From positions 34,326 to 98,325 of the forward strand of contig JBEIPA010000020.1 in assembly GCA_040377305.1 (NCBI GenBank): a stretch of 64,000 bases of DNA, in the 5' to 3' direction. A program made the position numbers and the translations under genes. Shown piece after piece: positions 1-9,566 of the stretch. The stretch is from Flavobacteriales bacterium (GTDB taxonomy: Bacteria > Bacteroidota > Bacteroidia > Palsa-965). Each line of letters starts with the position of its first letter. The first letter of the stretch is position 1. A model generated the notes under the pieces. It worked only from the letters and a program-made list of their open reading frames with translations, searched no databases and was not told the origin of the DNA.

Positions 1-91
1 TGATTAGAAAATTCACGCCCGGCACCTGTTCCCAAAAGAGATACGAGTATGCGGCGAGGCTTGCGAGGTAAATCCAGTCGGTTTTTTTCAT
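1..91 (-). CDS. 5' part of a membrane protein (DUF4153/DUF4173-like), runs off window edge
   Basis: ATG at 91 gives MKKTDWIYLASLAAYSYLFWEQVPGVNFLI; hydrophobic and co-oriented with the upstream operon; family guessed from context. Confidence 0.5.
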   Translation of the reverse strand, partial: MKKTDWIYLASLAAYSYLFWEQVPGVNFLI

Positions 92-97
92 TGTGTG

Positions 98-619
98 TTA
101 GAGTGTATGATGGGTGTTGTTAAATTCCTGATGTTGTAATTTTTCGAGTTGAGAAATCCAGCGGAGCGCAATCAGAAGCGGAATGGCACCAAAGAATCCG
201 AATGAGCAATCGATAAGTGTCCAGAAAAGTGGAATGCCGCGTATACTGCAAACGGCGAATGCGAGAACGAAAACACCTGCACATGCAAGCAGGCCAATTC
301 TCAACACCCAGGCGTTGCGCACCGGATCGCGATAAGCCCCGACAAAGAATAACGCGATCACGATGTGCGCATACGCCAGCCAATCGTATCCGTAGATCAA
401 AAACGGATACTTAGAGGCGGTTGAATTCACAGCCTCAGCAACTGTGATCAACCAGGGTTGCATGAAATCAGGAAGCATATTGAGATGCAACAGCAGGAAG
501 TTGAGTTCGGTCTGCACTGGAAACGCAGTAAGTCCGCTGAGGATTAAGAGCGTCATGAATCCTACAATGAGAATGCGGATTCTGCGTGTGAGATGCTTAC
601 TGGTTGTTGGCATGGTCAT
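98..619 (-). CDS. conserved 4-TM hypothetical membrane protein
   Basis: 173-aa ORF with hydrophobic segments and motifs SGLTAFP, YGYDWLAYAH, RDPVRN. Confidence 0.75.
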   Translation of the reverse strand: MTMPTTSKHLTRRIRILIVGFMTLLILSGLTAFPVQTELNFLLLHLNMLPDFMQPWLITVAEAVNSTASKYPFLIYGYDWLAYAHIVIALFFVGAYRDPVRNAWVLRIGLLACAGVFVLAFAVCSIRGIPLFWTLIDCSFGFFGAIPLLIALRWISQLEKLQHQEFNNTHHTL

Positions 620-923
620 TTTCTTCCTTAGTTAAAATTCGTTTGTGTAAACGCTGAATTCTGTACATCACCAATGCAACAACCGGAGCACCGTATCCGA
701 AAACCATAAACGCTTCAAACGTGTGATCGATAATTCCCAGAACTATTGTACACATGAGATAACTCCAATAGATACCAATGGAAGCTTTTGAATATCGTCC
801 CGTTATTGCACTTACCGTGTACATCAACGCGAAAAGAAAAAATACGATCGCAAACATGAAGCTGAGCACGAATAATCCGATCAGTATGTCTTGTGTTGGT
901 GATGTATCCCACATGTGTTCCAT
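597..923 (-). CDS. small hypothetical membrane protein
   Basis: 3 hydrophobic segments; ATG 923 chosen, just downstream of operator-like palindrome. Confidence 0.6.
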   Translation of the reverse strand: MEHMWDTSPTQDILIGLFVLSFMFAIVFFLFALMYTVSAITGRYSKASIGIYWSYLMCTIVLGIIDHTFEAFMVFGYGAPVVALVMYRIQRLHKRILTKEENDHANNQ

Positions 924-932
924 ATCCAAAGT

Positions 933-949
933 ACTTTGTACTACAAAGT
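933..949. promoter_or_regulatory. palindromic operator ACTTTGTACTACAAAGT
   Basis: 8-1-8 perfect inverted repeat; near-identical copy at 1964-1980. Confidence 0.65.
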
Positions 950-965
950 TTTAAGTCAAATTTTT

Positions 966-1274
966 TTACTTCTTAATTCTTCCTTTCAAAAGATTCTCCA
1001 ACACGTTGAGGTGTTCGTTGAATGCTTTCTTTCCGGAGCTCGTCACGGCATACGAAGTATTAGGTTTCTTGTTTACGAATTGCTTAATCACTGCGACGTA
1101 TCCCTCCTTCTCCAATGCCGATAAATGACTCGCCAGGTTGCCGTCTGTTACGTCAAGCAGCTCTTTCAATCGCGTAAACTCCACACTTTCGTTCACCATA
1201 AGGATAGACATAACACCCAATCTTATTCGGTTCTCAAAAACTTTATTGAATTTCGAAAAGTAGTCCTGCCCCAT
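966..1274 (-). CDS. winged helix-turn-helix (MarR/ArsR-like, HTH_34) transcriptional regulator
   Basis: FENRIRLGVMSIL...TDGNLASHLSALEKEGYV...KPNTSY motif pattern. Confidence 0.9.
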   Translation of the reverse strand: MGQDYFSKFNKVFENRIRLGVMSILMVNESVEFTRLKELLDVTDGNLASHLSALEKEGYVAVIKQFVNKKPNTSYAVTSSGKKAFNEHLNVLENLLKGRIKK

Positions 1275-1278
1275 TCTA

Positions 1279-1953
1279 CTATGCTTCCTTGTTTTTCTCG
1301 TATTTCACGTAAAGAACTATTCCGTAAACAATGTGCATTACCCCAAATCCGATTGACCAGATCACCAGACTGTACTCATAGAATATTGCCGCGATGAAAG
1401 ACAAAATGATCTGGATTACACCGAGGTAGCGAATATCGTTGATGGTATACTTGCTTGCGTTGATCAAAGCCGTACCGTAAAACGCCAAAGTAATCGCTGG
1501 GACAAGTCCGATTATTCCGTGAGCAAGCAACACCATTGCAAATCCCCCACCGGTCACCAATGGAATAAGCAGGTTGATCGTCATTCTCTTTGCGGTATCG
1601 TCCCACATTGGCAAACCCAGCTTCTTTGCTTTGCGACGTGTGAAATACCATGCACCGACCAATGCGCCTCCTAACGTCAGAGCGGCAATCATGAAGATGT
1701 CACGGATCAGGCCAAACGTTGGAGTTGGAGTTACATATTCTCCCCGACCTGTCGCAACGAGAATTTCCGATACAGTAAAAGGCAAATGCAGGAAGAAATC
1801 GCCCAACAAGAAATAGACGAGTGTAACTCCAATCAAACCCACAACTCCTGCAGCCACACCCGACAATCCACTCATTGATATGAAGCGTGATGACTTGTTC
1901 ATCAAATCGCGCATCTCAGTAAGTGCGCTCAGTTGTTCTTCTTGTTCGGTCAT
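1279..1953 (-). CDS. conserved multi-pass membrane protein paired with the wHTH regulator
   Basis: MRDLMNKSSRFISMSGLSG N-terminus, several TMs, GFGVMHIVYG; ATG 1953 preferred over the ORF-track start. Confidence 0.8.
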   Translation of the reverse strand: MTEQEEQLSALTEMRDLMNKSSRFISMSGLSGVAAGVVGLIGVTLVYFLLGDFFLHLPFTVSEILVATGRGEYVTPTPTFGLIRDIFMIAALTLGGALVGAWYFTRRKAKKLGLPMWDDTAKRMTINLLIPLVTGGGFAMVLLAHGIIGLVPAITLAFYGTALINASKYTINDIRYLGVIQIILSFIAAIFYEYSLVIWSIGFGVMHIVYGIVLYVKYEKNKEA

Positions 1954-1963
1954 GTCGGGTCGG

Positions 1964-1980
1964 ACTTTGTAGGACAAAGT
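1964..1980. promoter_or_regulatory. palindromic operator ACTTTGTAGGACAAAGT
   Basis: 7-3-7 inverted repeat 10 nt upstream of ATG 1953; matches 933-949. Confidence 0.65.
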
Positions 1981-2044
1981 AACAACTATTTTCTTTATAC
2001 GCACAAGATGCTTTGGCTTTTTTTAACCAGATCTACTCTTTCTT

Positions 2045-2190
2045 CACCACGGAGGCACGGCGATCACGGCTTATATTTTAGATGGATCTAGAAGTAAAAA
2101 GCGAAAGGAGCCCAAAAACTGAGCTCCTTTCCAAACAATAATATCTTTTCGCCGTGCTCGCCGTGCCTCCGTGGTAAAGCGCGCCGCAGG
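2045..2190. repeat. REPIN-like inverted pair (ACCACGG family) enclosing a terminator-like hairpin
   Basis: caccacggaggcacggcgatcacggc / gccgtgctcgccgtgcctccgtggt; inner gaaaggagc..gctcctttc at 2103-2131. Confidence 0.75.
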
Positions 2191-2202
2191 CGACCAGAAC
2201 GC

Positions 2203-5200
2203 TTATTCCTTCACAAACTTCATCGCATACCCCTGCTCTCCTTCAATCATGAGCGAGTAGAATCCTGATGCGAAGTTGCTCATGTCAATCATGAACATAT
2301 TCGCTCCCGCTGGAACCTGCATGGTATACACAACCTGTCCGATGCTGTTCACCACCGTTACGTTTGCTGATTGCGTACGTACCGGAGAATTCACCTGAAT
2401 GTGATTCTGCTGAGAGTTGAAGAACGCGCTCCACTCGTTGTGCATTTCAGGAACACCGGAACAACCTACACCAATGTTTGTGTAGTTGATCGTGTCTGTT
2501 CCACATGTGTTTGTAACGATGAGCTGAGCGGTGAATGTCCCTACCGAGTTGTAAGTAATCACCGGAGCAGATGAAGTCGATGTGCTCGGCGTTCCTCCCG
2601 GAAAATTCCACGAGAACGACGTTGCGTCTGTAGAGTTTGATCCGTCAAACGTAATTGTTCCATTTACGCAGATGAAAGTATCACTCATAACCAGGCTCGC
2701 TACCGGTGTTGTGATAACTGTGATCGGAACTACTGAATTCGCTGAACAACCATTCGCTCCGGTACCCTGAACGTTATACGTAATTGAAGTCGTCGGCGTG
2801 GCCGTTGGTGTGGCAGACGTTGTCGAACTTAAGAACGTAGATGGCGACCATAAATACGAACTCGCACCGGATGCTGTTAAATTGATTTGCGTACCGGTAC
2901 ATACGGTGTTCGCTGGCGTAACCGACACATTCACGGTAGGATTTGCATTAACCGTAATATTCACGAACGCAGAATCGAACATGCTGCAACCTCCGCCTAC
3001 AACATACAACACCGCCTGATAGGTTCCTGGCGTGTTATAGGTCACTGTTGGATTTAATGCATTCGACAATCCCGGATTTGATCCCGGGAACCACCACAGA
3101 AGCGTGTCTTCGTAAGTAGATCCTGTTGCATCGAATGTGATCTGATCTCCCTGACAAATCGTAGTTGAAGTCTGTGTGAATGTTGCAACTGTATTTGCAC
3201 TGGTGAGGAAAGGATGCATCACCAACGATGCTGCTAAGTTCCATGAGCCCGCGGTTGTGTACTGATACCACGTTCCGTTCGATTGCTTTTCCCAGATCGG
3301 AATTGGTGCTGTTGTTTGTCCGTTCGAGTTACTCACGATTGAAAGTGTATCATGTACACTCGGTGAAGCCTGCCACTGAAGGTTGGAAACGTCAACACTA
3401 CAGAAGAAACGTTTTGATGCCGGAAGCGTAACCGGATTATTCACGAATGAATATTCGGTATAATAACCACCTGCTTCATCGGCCATAATTTGCCCCATAG
3501 TTGCATTGACGGTTCCAAGAAGTGCACCCGGTGTTCCGCTTGTTCCGTCATAAATTTTCATTGCAACAATCTTCGCCGGGTTCGCTGAATACGCACGTCC
3601 GTAAGCAACATAAACACTTACCAGCGTGTTATAAGGGCTTGAAGATGCATCGTAGTACATTGCCTTCTCATCATCCAGATAAACATTCATACCGTTAATC
3701 CAGCCATCAATACCAACTGTAGCTCCAGCGTAATAATTCACAAGTGTCCATCCTGCAGGAATTGGATAGTTGATAATCTCGCAACCACTTGCTGCAGTCA
3801 CCGTAATGTAGTTTGTGTTCGTCTGGACATCACTTCCGTTTCCATTGCTCACAGTAAGCGACACGTTGTAAGTTCCCGGCGTGTTGTAAACGATTGCAGG
3901 AGGAAATTGTCCGTTGTGTGTTGCCGGTGTTCCGCCAGGGAATGACCAGCTCCATGTTGTTGGATTGTAAACCGAAAGATCAGTGAACTGAACGTTACCT
4001 CCTGCTGTTACTGTGGTCACGTTGGCTGTGAACAAAGCATTTGGTGCCCAGTTCATCGTTGCGCTGATACACTGCATTGCAGAATTCGCATTGATTCGTC
4101 CGGAACCAAGTTGTCCCGGATAACCAGGATTCTGAGTTGCAATGCTCGTAGCAGTTGAAGTCAAACACTGACGGATATCTGCAGGAGTCAATGATGGATT
4201 TAACGACAACATCAATCCGCAAAGTCCCGCAACAATTGGTGACGCCATAGACGTTCCTGAATTGTTTGCGTATGTGTTTCCTACATAAGTTGCGTAGATG
4301 TTATTTCCGGGAGCTGAGATATCAACCCACGTTCCGTAATTGGAGAAGCTCGCTTTTGTATCGTTACTGTTTGTAGCGGCAACTGCAATTACGTTTGTGT
4401 ATCCCGCAGGATAAAACATCGTGCTGGAGTTGTTGTTACCTGCTGCTGCAACTAGAACACATCCAGAGTTGTACGCCCAGTTGATGATATTCTGCGCCGT
4501 TGTAGAAGAACCAGTTCCGCCCCACGACATGTTGATTACATCAGCTCCCGCTGAAACTGCATAAACAATTCCATCGTAACCGTTCGTGATTGAACTTGAC
4601 GATGTAGTTGCTTTTACGGCCATGATCTTCGTACTGAAACCAATTCCGGCAACACCTGTTCCGTTGTTAGTCGCTGGACTTGCACAACCGGTTACGTGAG
4701 TTCCGTGTGCAAACGCGTTGCTCGGTGGATTCGGGTTGTTGTCGTTGCTACCAACGTCGTAACCATTGATATCGTCCATGTATCCGTTACCGTCGTCATC
4801 GATGTTGTTGTTTGCGATCTCACCCGGATTCACCCAGAGGTTCGGAGAAATGTCGCTGTGCGTACGCTCAACTGCATCGTCTACAATCGCAATTTTGATT
4901 GTAGAACCAGTTGAGAAATAGTTCCACGCTCCGGCAGCATTGATCACGCTCAAATGCCACTGAGAAGAAAAGCTCGGATCGTTTGGTGTAAGACATGTGC
5001 GATCAACAGGTACTTGTTCAGCATAATCGATCTTGCCCGTTGCTTTCATCTCGTTGATGATTGCAGTTACGTTTGCGTAGTCGCTGAACTCCAGCAAATA
5101 CGTGCGTAACAATTCAGGAGAAGTTTTCGCCGCATAAAACGGACGAGAGAGGTTCGTAACCTGGTGGTTCTTTGCAATTGCATCCAGAAATGGAAGTGTG

Positions 5201-5358
5201 GCGATCGGAAGCTTGGTCGGATCTTCATTCAAAGATGCGTTGGCTCTGTAATCACTTTTAATGCGGAACCAGATTTTTCCGTCCTGGTATTCTGGTGCTT
5301 GTGCAAATGAAGTCAATGCGAAACACATCGCAACGATAGCTAGTAGCAGTTTTCTCAT
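2203..5358 (-). CDS. secreted S8 subtilisin-like serine peptidase with PKD domains and T9SS C-terminal domain
   Basis: Triad motifs IAIVDD, HGTH, GTSMASP; WSFPGGTP PKD repeats; CTD (NSIGQVV...ASGFYSL); signal peptide MRKLLLAIVAM at 5358. Confidence 0.92.
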   Translation of the reverse strand: MRKLLLAIVAMCFALTSFAQAPEYQDGKIWFRIKSDYRANASLNEDPTKLPIATLPFLDAIAKNHQVTNLSRPFYAAKTSPELLRTYLLEFSDYANVTAIINEMKATGKIDYAEQVPVDRTCLTPNDPSFSSQWHLSVINAAGAWNYFSTGSTIKIAIVDDAVERTHSDISPNLWVNPGEIANNNIDDDGNGYMDDINGYDVGSNDNNPNPPSNAFAHGTHVTGCASPATNNGTGVAGIGFSTKIMAVKATTSSSSITNGYDGIVYAVSAGADVINMSWGGTGSSTTAQNIINWAYNSGCVLVAAAGNNNSSTMFYPAGYTNVIAVAATNSNDTKASFSNYGTWVDISAPGNNIYATYVGNTYANNSGTSMASPIVAGLCGLMLSLNPSLTPADIRQCLTSTATSIATQNPGYPGQLGSGRINANSAMQCISATMNWAPNALFTANVTTVTAGGNVQFTDLSVYNPTTWSWSFPGGTPATHNGQFPPAIVYNTPGTYNVSLTVSNGNGSDVQTNTNYITVTAASGCEIINYPIPAGWTLVNYYAGATVGIDGWINGMNVYLDDEKAMYYDASSSPYNTLVSVYVAYGRAYSANPAKIVAMKIYDGTSGTPGALLGTVNATMGQIMADEAGGYYTEYSFVNNPVTLPASKRFFCSVDVSNLQWQASPSVHDTLSIVSNSNGQTTAPIPIWEKQSNGTWYQYTTAGSWNLAASLVMHPFLTSANTVATFTQTSTTICQGDQITFDATGSTYEDTLLWWFPGSNPGLSNALNPTVTYNTPGTYQAVLYVVGGGCSMFDSAFVNITVNANPTVNVSVTPANTVCTGTQINLTASGASSYLWSPSTFLSSTTSATPTATPTTSITYNVQGTGANGCSANSVVPITVITTPVASLVMSDTFICVNGTITFDGSNSTDATSFSWNFPGGTPSTSTSSAPVITYNSVGTFTAQLIVTNTCGTDTINYTNIGVGCSGVPEMHNEWSAFFNSQQNHIQVNSPVRTQSANVTVVNSIGQVVYTMQVPAGANMFMIDMSNFASGFYSLMIEGEQGYAMKFVKE

Positions 5359-5425
5359 AGGTGTGTATGGTTTTGTAGGAAAGTGTAATTTCCGAAATCT
5401 CCTCGTAATTACCAAGTTTTGGACG

Positions 5426-5750
5426 CCTGCGGCGCTTACCACGGCGAAACGGGGAAACGGCGCGTTTTTCATTGCGCTAAACCCAACCGGCGGACACGGT
5501 GCAAGATAATCAGTGGGCCTTTTTACCGCCAAGTCGCCAAAACGCCAAGGGTATTCGTTGTAATTCACACTTGGGTAGTGATTAACAACACAAGAAGTTA
5601 AGTTCCAATTACCATTGATCTTCACAAGACTTTCCTGGCGTATTGGTGGTTAAATTATTTGGGTCCCCTTCTCCGTGACTTCCGGTTAGGTTTAGATCAA
5701 CGCACACAAAGTTTCGCCGTAACTCCGAGTCGCCGTGGTAAGCGTCGCAG
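5426..5750. repeat. nested REPIN-like element (outer ACCACGG family, inner ACCGCCAAG family)
   Basis: ctgcggcgcttaccacggcg / cgccgtggtaagcgtcgcag outer arms; accgccaagtcgccaa / ctggcgtattggtggt inner arms. Confidence 0.7.
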
Positions 5751-5799
5751 ACAACCAAAGAATTATATTAGGTCTTATCTTAGTTGAAATTATCCATTT

Positions 5800-6378
5800 A
5801 TGAATCCAAAAGTTGATTGGTACTTTGTCAAGAACAAACAGTGGTCCGAAGAACTCGACCGTTTACGTGCGATCTGTCTCAGTTCTAAACTTACCGAAGA
5901 GCTGAAATGGGGTTGTCCTGCATACACGCTCGACGGTACAAACGTTGTGTTGATTCATTGTTTCAAAGAATACTGTGCGCTGTTATTCTTCAAAGGATCT
6001 TTGATGAACGATCCGGATGGAATTCTCATTCAGCAAACGAAAAATGTGCAGGTCGCGCGACAACTGCGTTTCACTAGTGCAGCCGAAATTTCGAAGATGA
6101 AAACAATCATCAAAGGTTACATTCAGGAAGCGATCCGTGTGGAGAAGTCGGGAGAGAAAGTCGTTCTCAAAAAGACGAAGGAATTTGAAATGCCGGAAGA
6201 GTTTGCACTGCGACTCAGCAAGAACGCAACTTTGAAAAAAGCGTTTCATGCATTAACTCCGGGAAGACAACGCGCCTACCTACTCTACTTTGGATCGGCG
6301 AAACAGGAGAAAACGAGATTGGATAGAATTGAAAAGTATTCCAAGCACATACTCAAAGGCAAGGGCCTTGATGATTAG
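5800..6378 (+). CDS. YdeI/OmpD-associated family protein (DUF1801 + OmdA domain)
   Basis: EELKWGCPAY, LLFFKG, LTPGRQRAY, AKQEKTR motifs. Confidence 0.9.
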   Translation: MNPKVDWYFVKNKQWSEELDRLRAICLSSKLTEELKWGCPAYTLDGTNVVLIHCFKEYCALLFFKGSLMNDPDGILIQQTKNVQVARQLRFTSAAEISKMKTIIKGYIQEAIRVEKSGEKVVLKKTKEFEMPEEFALRLSKNATLKKAFHALTPGRQRAYLLYFGSAKQEKTRLDRIEKYSKHILKGKGLDD

Positions 6379-6482
6379 ATGATACGATGATACAATGATT
6401 TGATGATCCGAACTGTGCTCAATAACTCAATCGTCACTTGCGAAGCAAGTGCACTTTCCTCCCAAAATGGCGAGTGATGATA

Positions 6483-6507
6483 ATAACCGTGTGGCTTCAG
6501 CCCACGG
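6483..6507. repeat. solo REP-like palindrome (GGCTTCAGCC family)
   Basis: ataaccgtgtggcttcagcccacgg; same family as 19039-19298. Confidence 0.65.
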
Positions 6508-6542
6508 ATGGAAGAACCGCTCGAACCTAGAAATTGATAATC

Positions 6543-7025
6543 ATGGCAAAGAAAAAATCTCCAGCAAAGAAGGTCGCAAAAAAAGTAGCGAAGAAAACTA
6601 CTTCAAAGAAATCTGCTCCTAAGAAAAAAGTGAAACTTCTCTCAGGCGAAAACCCGCAGATTGCTAAAGGCGAAGGCAACGCTCCTGTGCAGGCGTACAT
6701 CAAGGCCATTCCCGGATGGAAAAAAGACGTAGCAAAACGTGTGGACGAAATAGTTTCAGAAACAATTCCGGAAGTAAAGAAAGCTGTGAAATGGAACTCA
6801 CCTTTTTATGGAGTTGAAAACGGAATTTGGTTCCTGAGCATGCACTGCTTCAATAACTACGTTAAGCTAACCTTCTTTAAGGGTTCCTATCTCAGCCCAA
6901 TTCCATCCGGTACATCGAAAGTGAAAGACGTGCGTTACCTGGATATTCGGGAAGGTGAACTGGATGAAAAACAATTGGAGAAGTGGGTTTTGCAGGCTGC
7001 AGCATTACCGGGAGAAAAACTGTGA
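6543..7025 (+). CDS. DUF1801-domain protein with Lys/Ala-rich histone-like N-terminus
   Basis: LLSGENPQIAKGEG, KAVKWNSPFYG, RYLDIRE motifs; AKK repeats. Confidence 0.85.
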   Translation: MAKKKSPAKKVAKKVAKKTTSKKSAPKKKVKLLSGENPQIAKGEGNAPVQAYIKAIPGWKKDVAKRVDEIVSETIPEVKKAVKWNSPFYGVENGIWFLSMHCFNNYVKLTFFKGSYLSPIPSGTSKVKDVRYLDIREGELDEKQLEKWVLQAAALPGEKL

Positions 7026-8222
7026 TTACTGCTTGATAAACCTTCCGCAATAATTCTGCTTCTCCCCACGAACCACAACCGAATACATTCCTTCCGGCAA
7101 CTGCAGTACATTCAACAACATTTCTTTTCCGTTCACATCTTCGCGCATTACAACGCGACCGGTGATGTCGATCACTTCCACTACTCCAATTTCTGCTTTC
7201 GGCAATTGAAGTCTGATTATTTCGTTTGAAGGGTTTGGTGAAATACCGATTGTTGTAATTGGAGTTTCCGGTATTCCAATAGTGCAAGGACCAGTCGCGC
7301 AATGAGTCACTGTGCCCGCTTCCGTGCCGATGTTGAGATCCCATCCTCCACCTGTTTGATCACAGATGTCTACTGTTCCGGTAATCGCTCCTGAATTCAA
7401 CGTAGAATCAACTACACAAAAATCGCCGCTACCATTCACGTCTTCGCTGTTGAAGAAACTGTTTTGCAGACTTAGTGTACCGTTGTTCGTGAACGTTGCA
7501 GTTCCGTTAATCGTATCGCCGTTGTAAAGTGTTTGTGCAATGAAATAAGAATTGACCGTGAAATTTTCAGCGTTCCAGATATCACCTGAAACAGAACCTG
7601 AAACGTTCAGCGTTACGTTGCCTGTGTTGTAAAAACTTCCGTTACATGTTACCGGACCCATTCCGTTAAATGTTCCAACGTTCAGGAGATCATCGCTGAT
7701 GAAACCACCGGATGTGGTGATCGTCCCTGCAGAGAGAAAAGTCGCTGCAGAGATATTTCCAACACTATTCAATGTACATGCGGTGTTGATGTAGGTACTG
7801 TCACCAACTGCAATCGATCCGTTATTCACTGTCGTAACACCTTGATCAATGAGCATGCTTGATGTAACCGCTAACGTCGCGTTGTTCACGAATGAACCTC
7901 CGTTGTGAGCCACATATCCCATTGTCATTGTACCATCATTGACAAAATAACCGCCGCTCACTCCAAAAATCCGTGCGCCTGAATTTCCGGTTACTGTTCC
8001 CGACGGACTGATACGAATTCCGCCCATCGTGTACGCGTAGTCGACATCCAATGTAACGTTGTGATTGATGGTGATGGAATCTCCATCCATTGGAATACAT
8101 GTACAACTCCAGGTAAACGGACTTGTTGCATTTCCGTTTGCTACTGATGTGATAACGGTTTGTGCAGCGAGTGAAGATGCAGTCAGCGTTGCTGCGATGA
8201 GGAAAGAGTAGAGGTTTTTCAT
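7026..8222 (-). CDS. T9SS-secreted beta-rich (G8/beta-helix-like) protein
   Basis: Signal peptide, N/G/T-rich beta repeats, CTD with PNPS...DITGRVV...LPEGMYSV. Confidence 0.8.
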   Translation of the reverse strand: MKNLYSFLIAATLTASSLAAQTVITSVANGNATSPFTWSCTCIPMDGDSITINHNVTLDVDYAYTMGGIRISPSGTVTGNSGARIFGVSGGYFVNDGTMTMGYVAHNGGSFVNNATLAVTSSMLIDQGVTTVNNGSIAVGDSTYINTACTLNSVGNISAATFLSAGTITTSGGFISDDLLNVGTFNGMGPVTCNGSFYNTGNVTLNVSGSVSGDIWNAENFTVNSYFIAQTLYNGDTINGTATFTNNGTLSLQNSFFNSEDVNGSGDFCVVDSTLNSGAITGTVDICDQTGGGWDLNIGTEAGTVTHCATGPCTIGIPETPITTIGISPNPSNEIIRLQLPKAEIGVVEVIDITGRVVMREDVNGKEMLLNVLQLPEGMYSVVVRGEKQNYCGRFIKQ

Positions 8223-8288
8223 GAGTCTAATTTACACCAAAAACATCAATCTTCACTCGCGCAGCGAGTGCACTGTCCCCCAATTCGA

Positions 8289-8438
8289 CGTCAGTGCGAG
8301 ACCGGACGCTTGCGGGAGGTCGAAGCAATCCCATGTAGAAAGCAACATGACTTTTCTGCTGTCTTCGTGGGATTGCTTCGTCGCTGATTGTCGCGCCAAC
8401 TAAAGTTGCACTCGCAATGACAGCTCCTCGCAATGACG
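8289..8438. repeat. GTCATTGCGAG...GAAGCAATC-type palindromic element between convergent genes
   Basis: cgtcagtgcgag..cgaagcaatccca / tgggattgcttcg..ctcgcaatgacg. Confidence 0.75.
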
Positions 8439-8482
8439 TAGCGCAGGGGCATTATGCGCTCGCTACGCTCGCGAACGTTGTT

Positions 8483-9559
8483 CTAGTACCAAAGAAAACT
8501 ATTCGGTATCACACCAACCGTATCCACATCGGTCTGCACTCCCAACGCATTAAAACGATACAACAACCCCGACTGCACATAATCCAATGCATCGCCGGCG
8601 AAGAAGTTGTTCGAGTTGCCCATGATACCGATTGTATACCATGCGTGACCGGTTCCGGAAATGAATGGCGCAGCTGGCAATGTGAGATCGTTAATTGACA
8701 GGCGATAGATGTTGAAGTTCACATAGTACAAGGAATCCCCTGTTGCATTCGCAGTAAGGTGTGTTGCGAAATCGAATGAGGTCATTGGCATGGACGCTTC
8801 GACAATATTACCGAGTGGATTCACACGGAACAATCCGCCTGGAGCTGAAGTTGCCCAGTAACCGTAAGCAAGCACCCACACTTTTCCATTTGCATCAACA
8901 ATCATACTGTTTCCACCGGGCGCAATGACCATTGACGAATCGATGATTGTAGGATTCTGCGCGTCGATCGTGTACAACTTGTCTGATTCCTGACTGGTGA
9001 TGAGTACTTCGCCCTGCGTGAGGAGCATTGCTTCTGTTGTTACTCCAACGCTGAGGTAACCGGAAATTGTTCTGGTGTTCAGATCAATCACCGCAATCTG
9101 ATCAGTATACATCTGTGTCACCCACGCCGTGTTCGCATCAATCTGCACAATGTTGCGTGGACCTGCGAAACCGGTAATGGTGCCAATCACTTTCAGATCA
9201 TGCGGATTCATAACCACAATTTTATTCGAGTTGTTGATCACAGCGTAGATGCGACCGTTAATCAATGTCATGCTTTGTGCAACATCGCCAAGCGGAACTC
9301 CATTCGCCAGCAGAAAAAGATTGTTGAACGATGATCCGGTGCTGATTCCGTTCATAGCGTAGTAGCTCACCGATGAATTTCCAGCAGTGAATCCACCTTC
9401 ATTCAGTATGAAGAAACCTTCTCCGGACGTGAATGTGCGCGAAGAGCCTCCCGTTCCCGGGTTTGGTGTATCACGATCGCATGACGTGAGAAAAGTAAGA
9501 CATACAAGTGCGGCAAGCGAAAGTGTTTTGATTGGGTGTATCATATTCATAATGTTCAT
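8483..9559 (-). CDS. btuG: BtuG-like (YncE-type beta-propeller) cobalamin-binding surface lipoprotein
   Basis: Lipobox FLTSC; ILNEGGF, LGDVAQSM, DALDYVQSG, VGVIP motifs; follows btuB. Confidence 0.8.
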   Translation of the reverse strand: MNIMNMIHPIKTLSLAALVCLTFLTSCDRDTPNPGTGGSSRTFTSGEGFFILNEGGFTAGNSSVSYYAMNGISTGSSFNNLFLLANGVPLGDVAQSMTLINGRIYAVINNSNKIVVMNPHDLKVIGTITGFAGPRNIVQIDANTAWVTQMYTDQIAVIDLNTRTISGYLSVGVTTEAMLLTQGEVLITSQESDKLYTIDAQNPTIIDSSMVIAPGGNSMIVDANGKVWVLAYGYWATSAPGGLFRVNPLGNIVEASMPMTSFDFATHLTANATGDSLYYVNFNIYRLSINDLTLPAAPFISGTGHAWYTIGIMGNSNNFFAGDALDYVQSGLLYRFNALGVQTDVDTVGVIPNSFLWY

Positions 9560-9566
9560 GGGTGAA

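Noticed and set aside
5359-5625. N-terminal extensions in the ORF track (S8; likewise mutL, M61, Smr, pcm)
   Set aside because: They run through repeats or promoters; signal peptides or family N-termini begin at downstream starts
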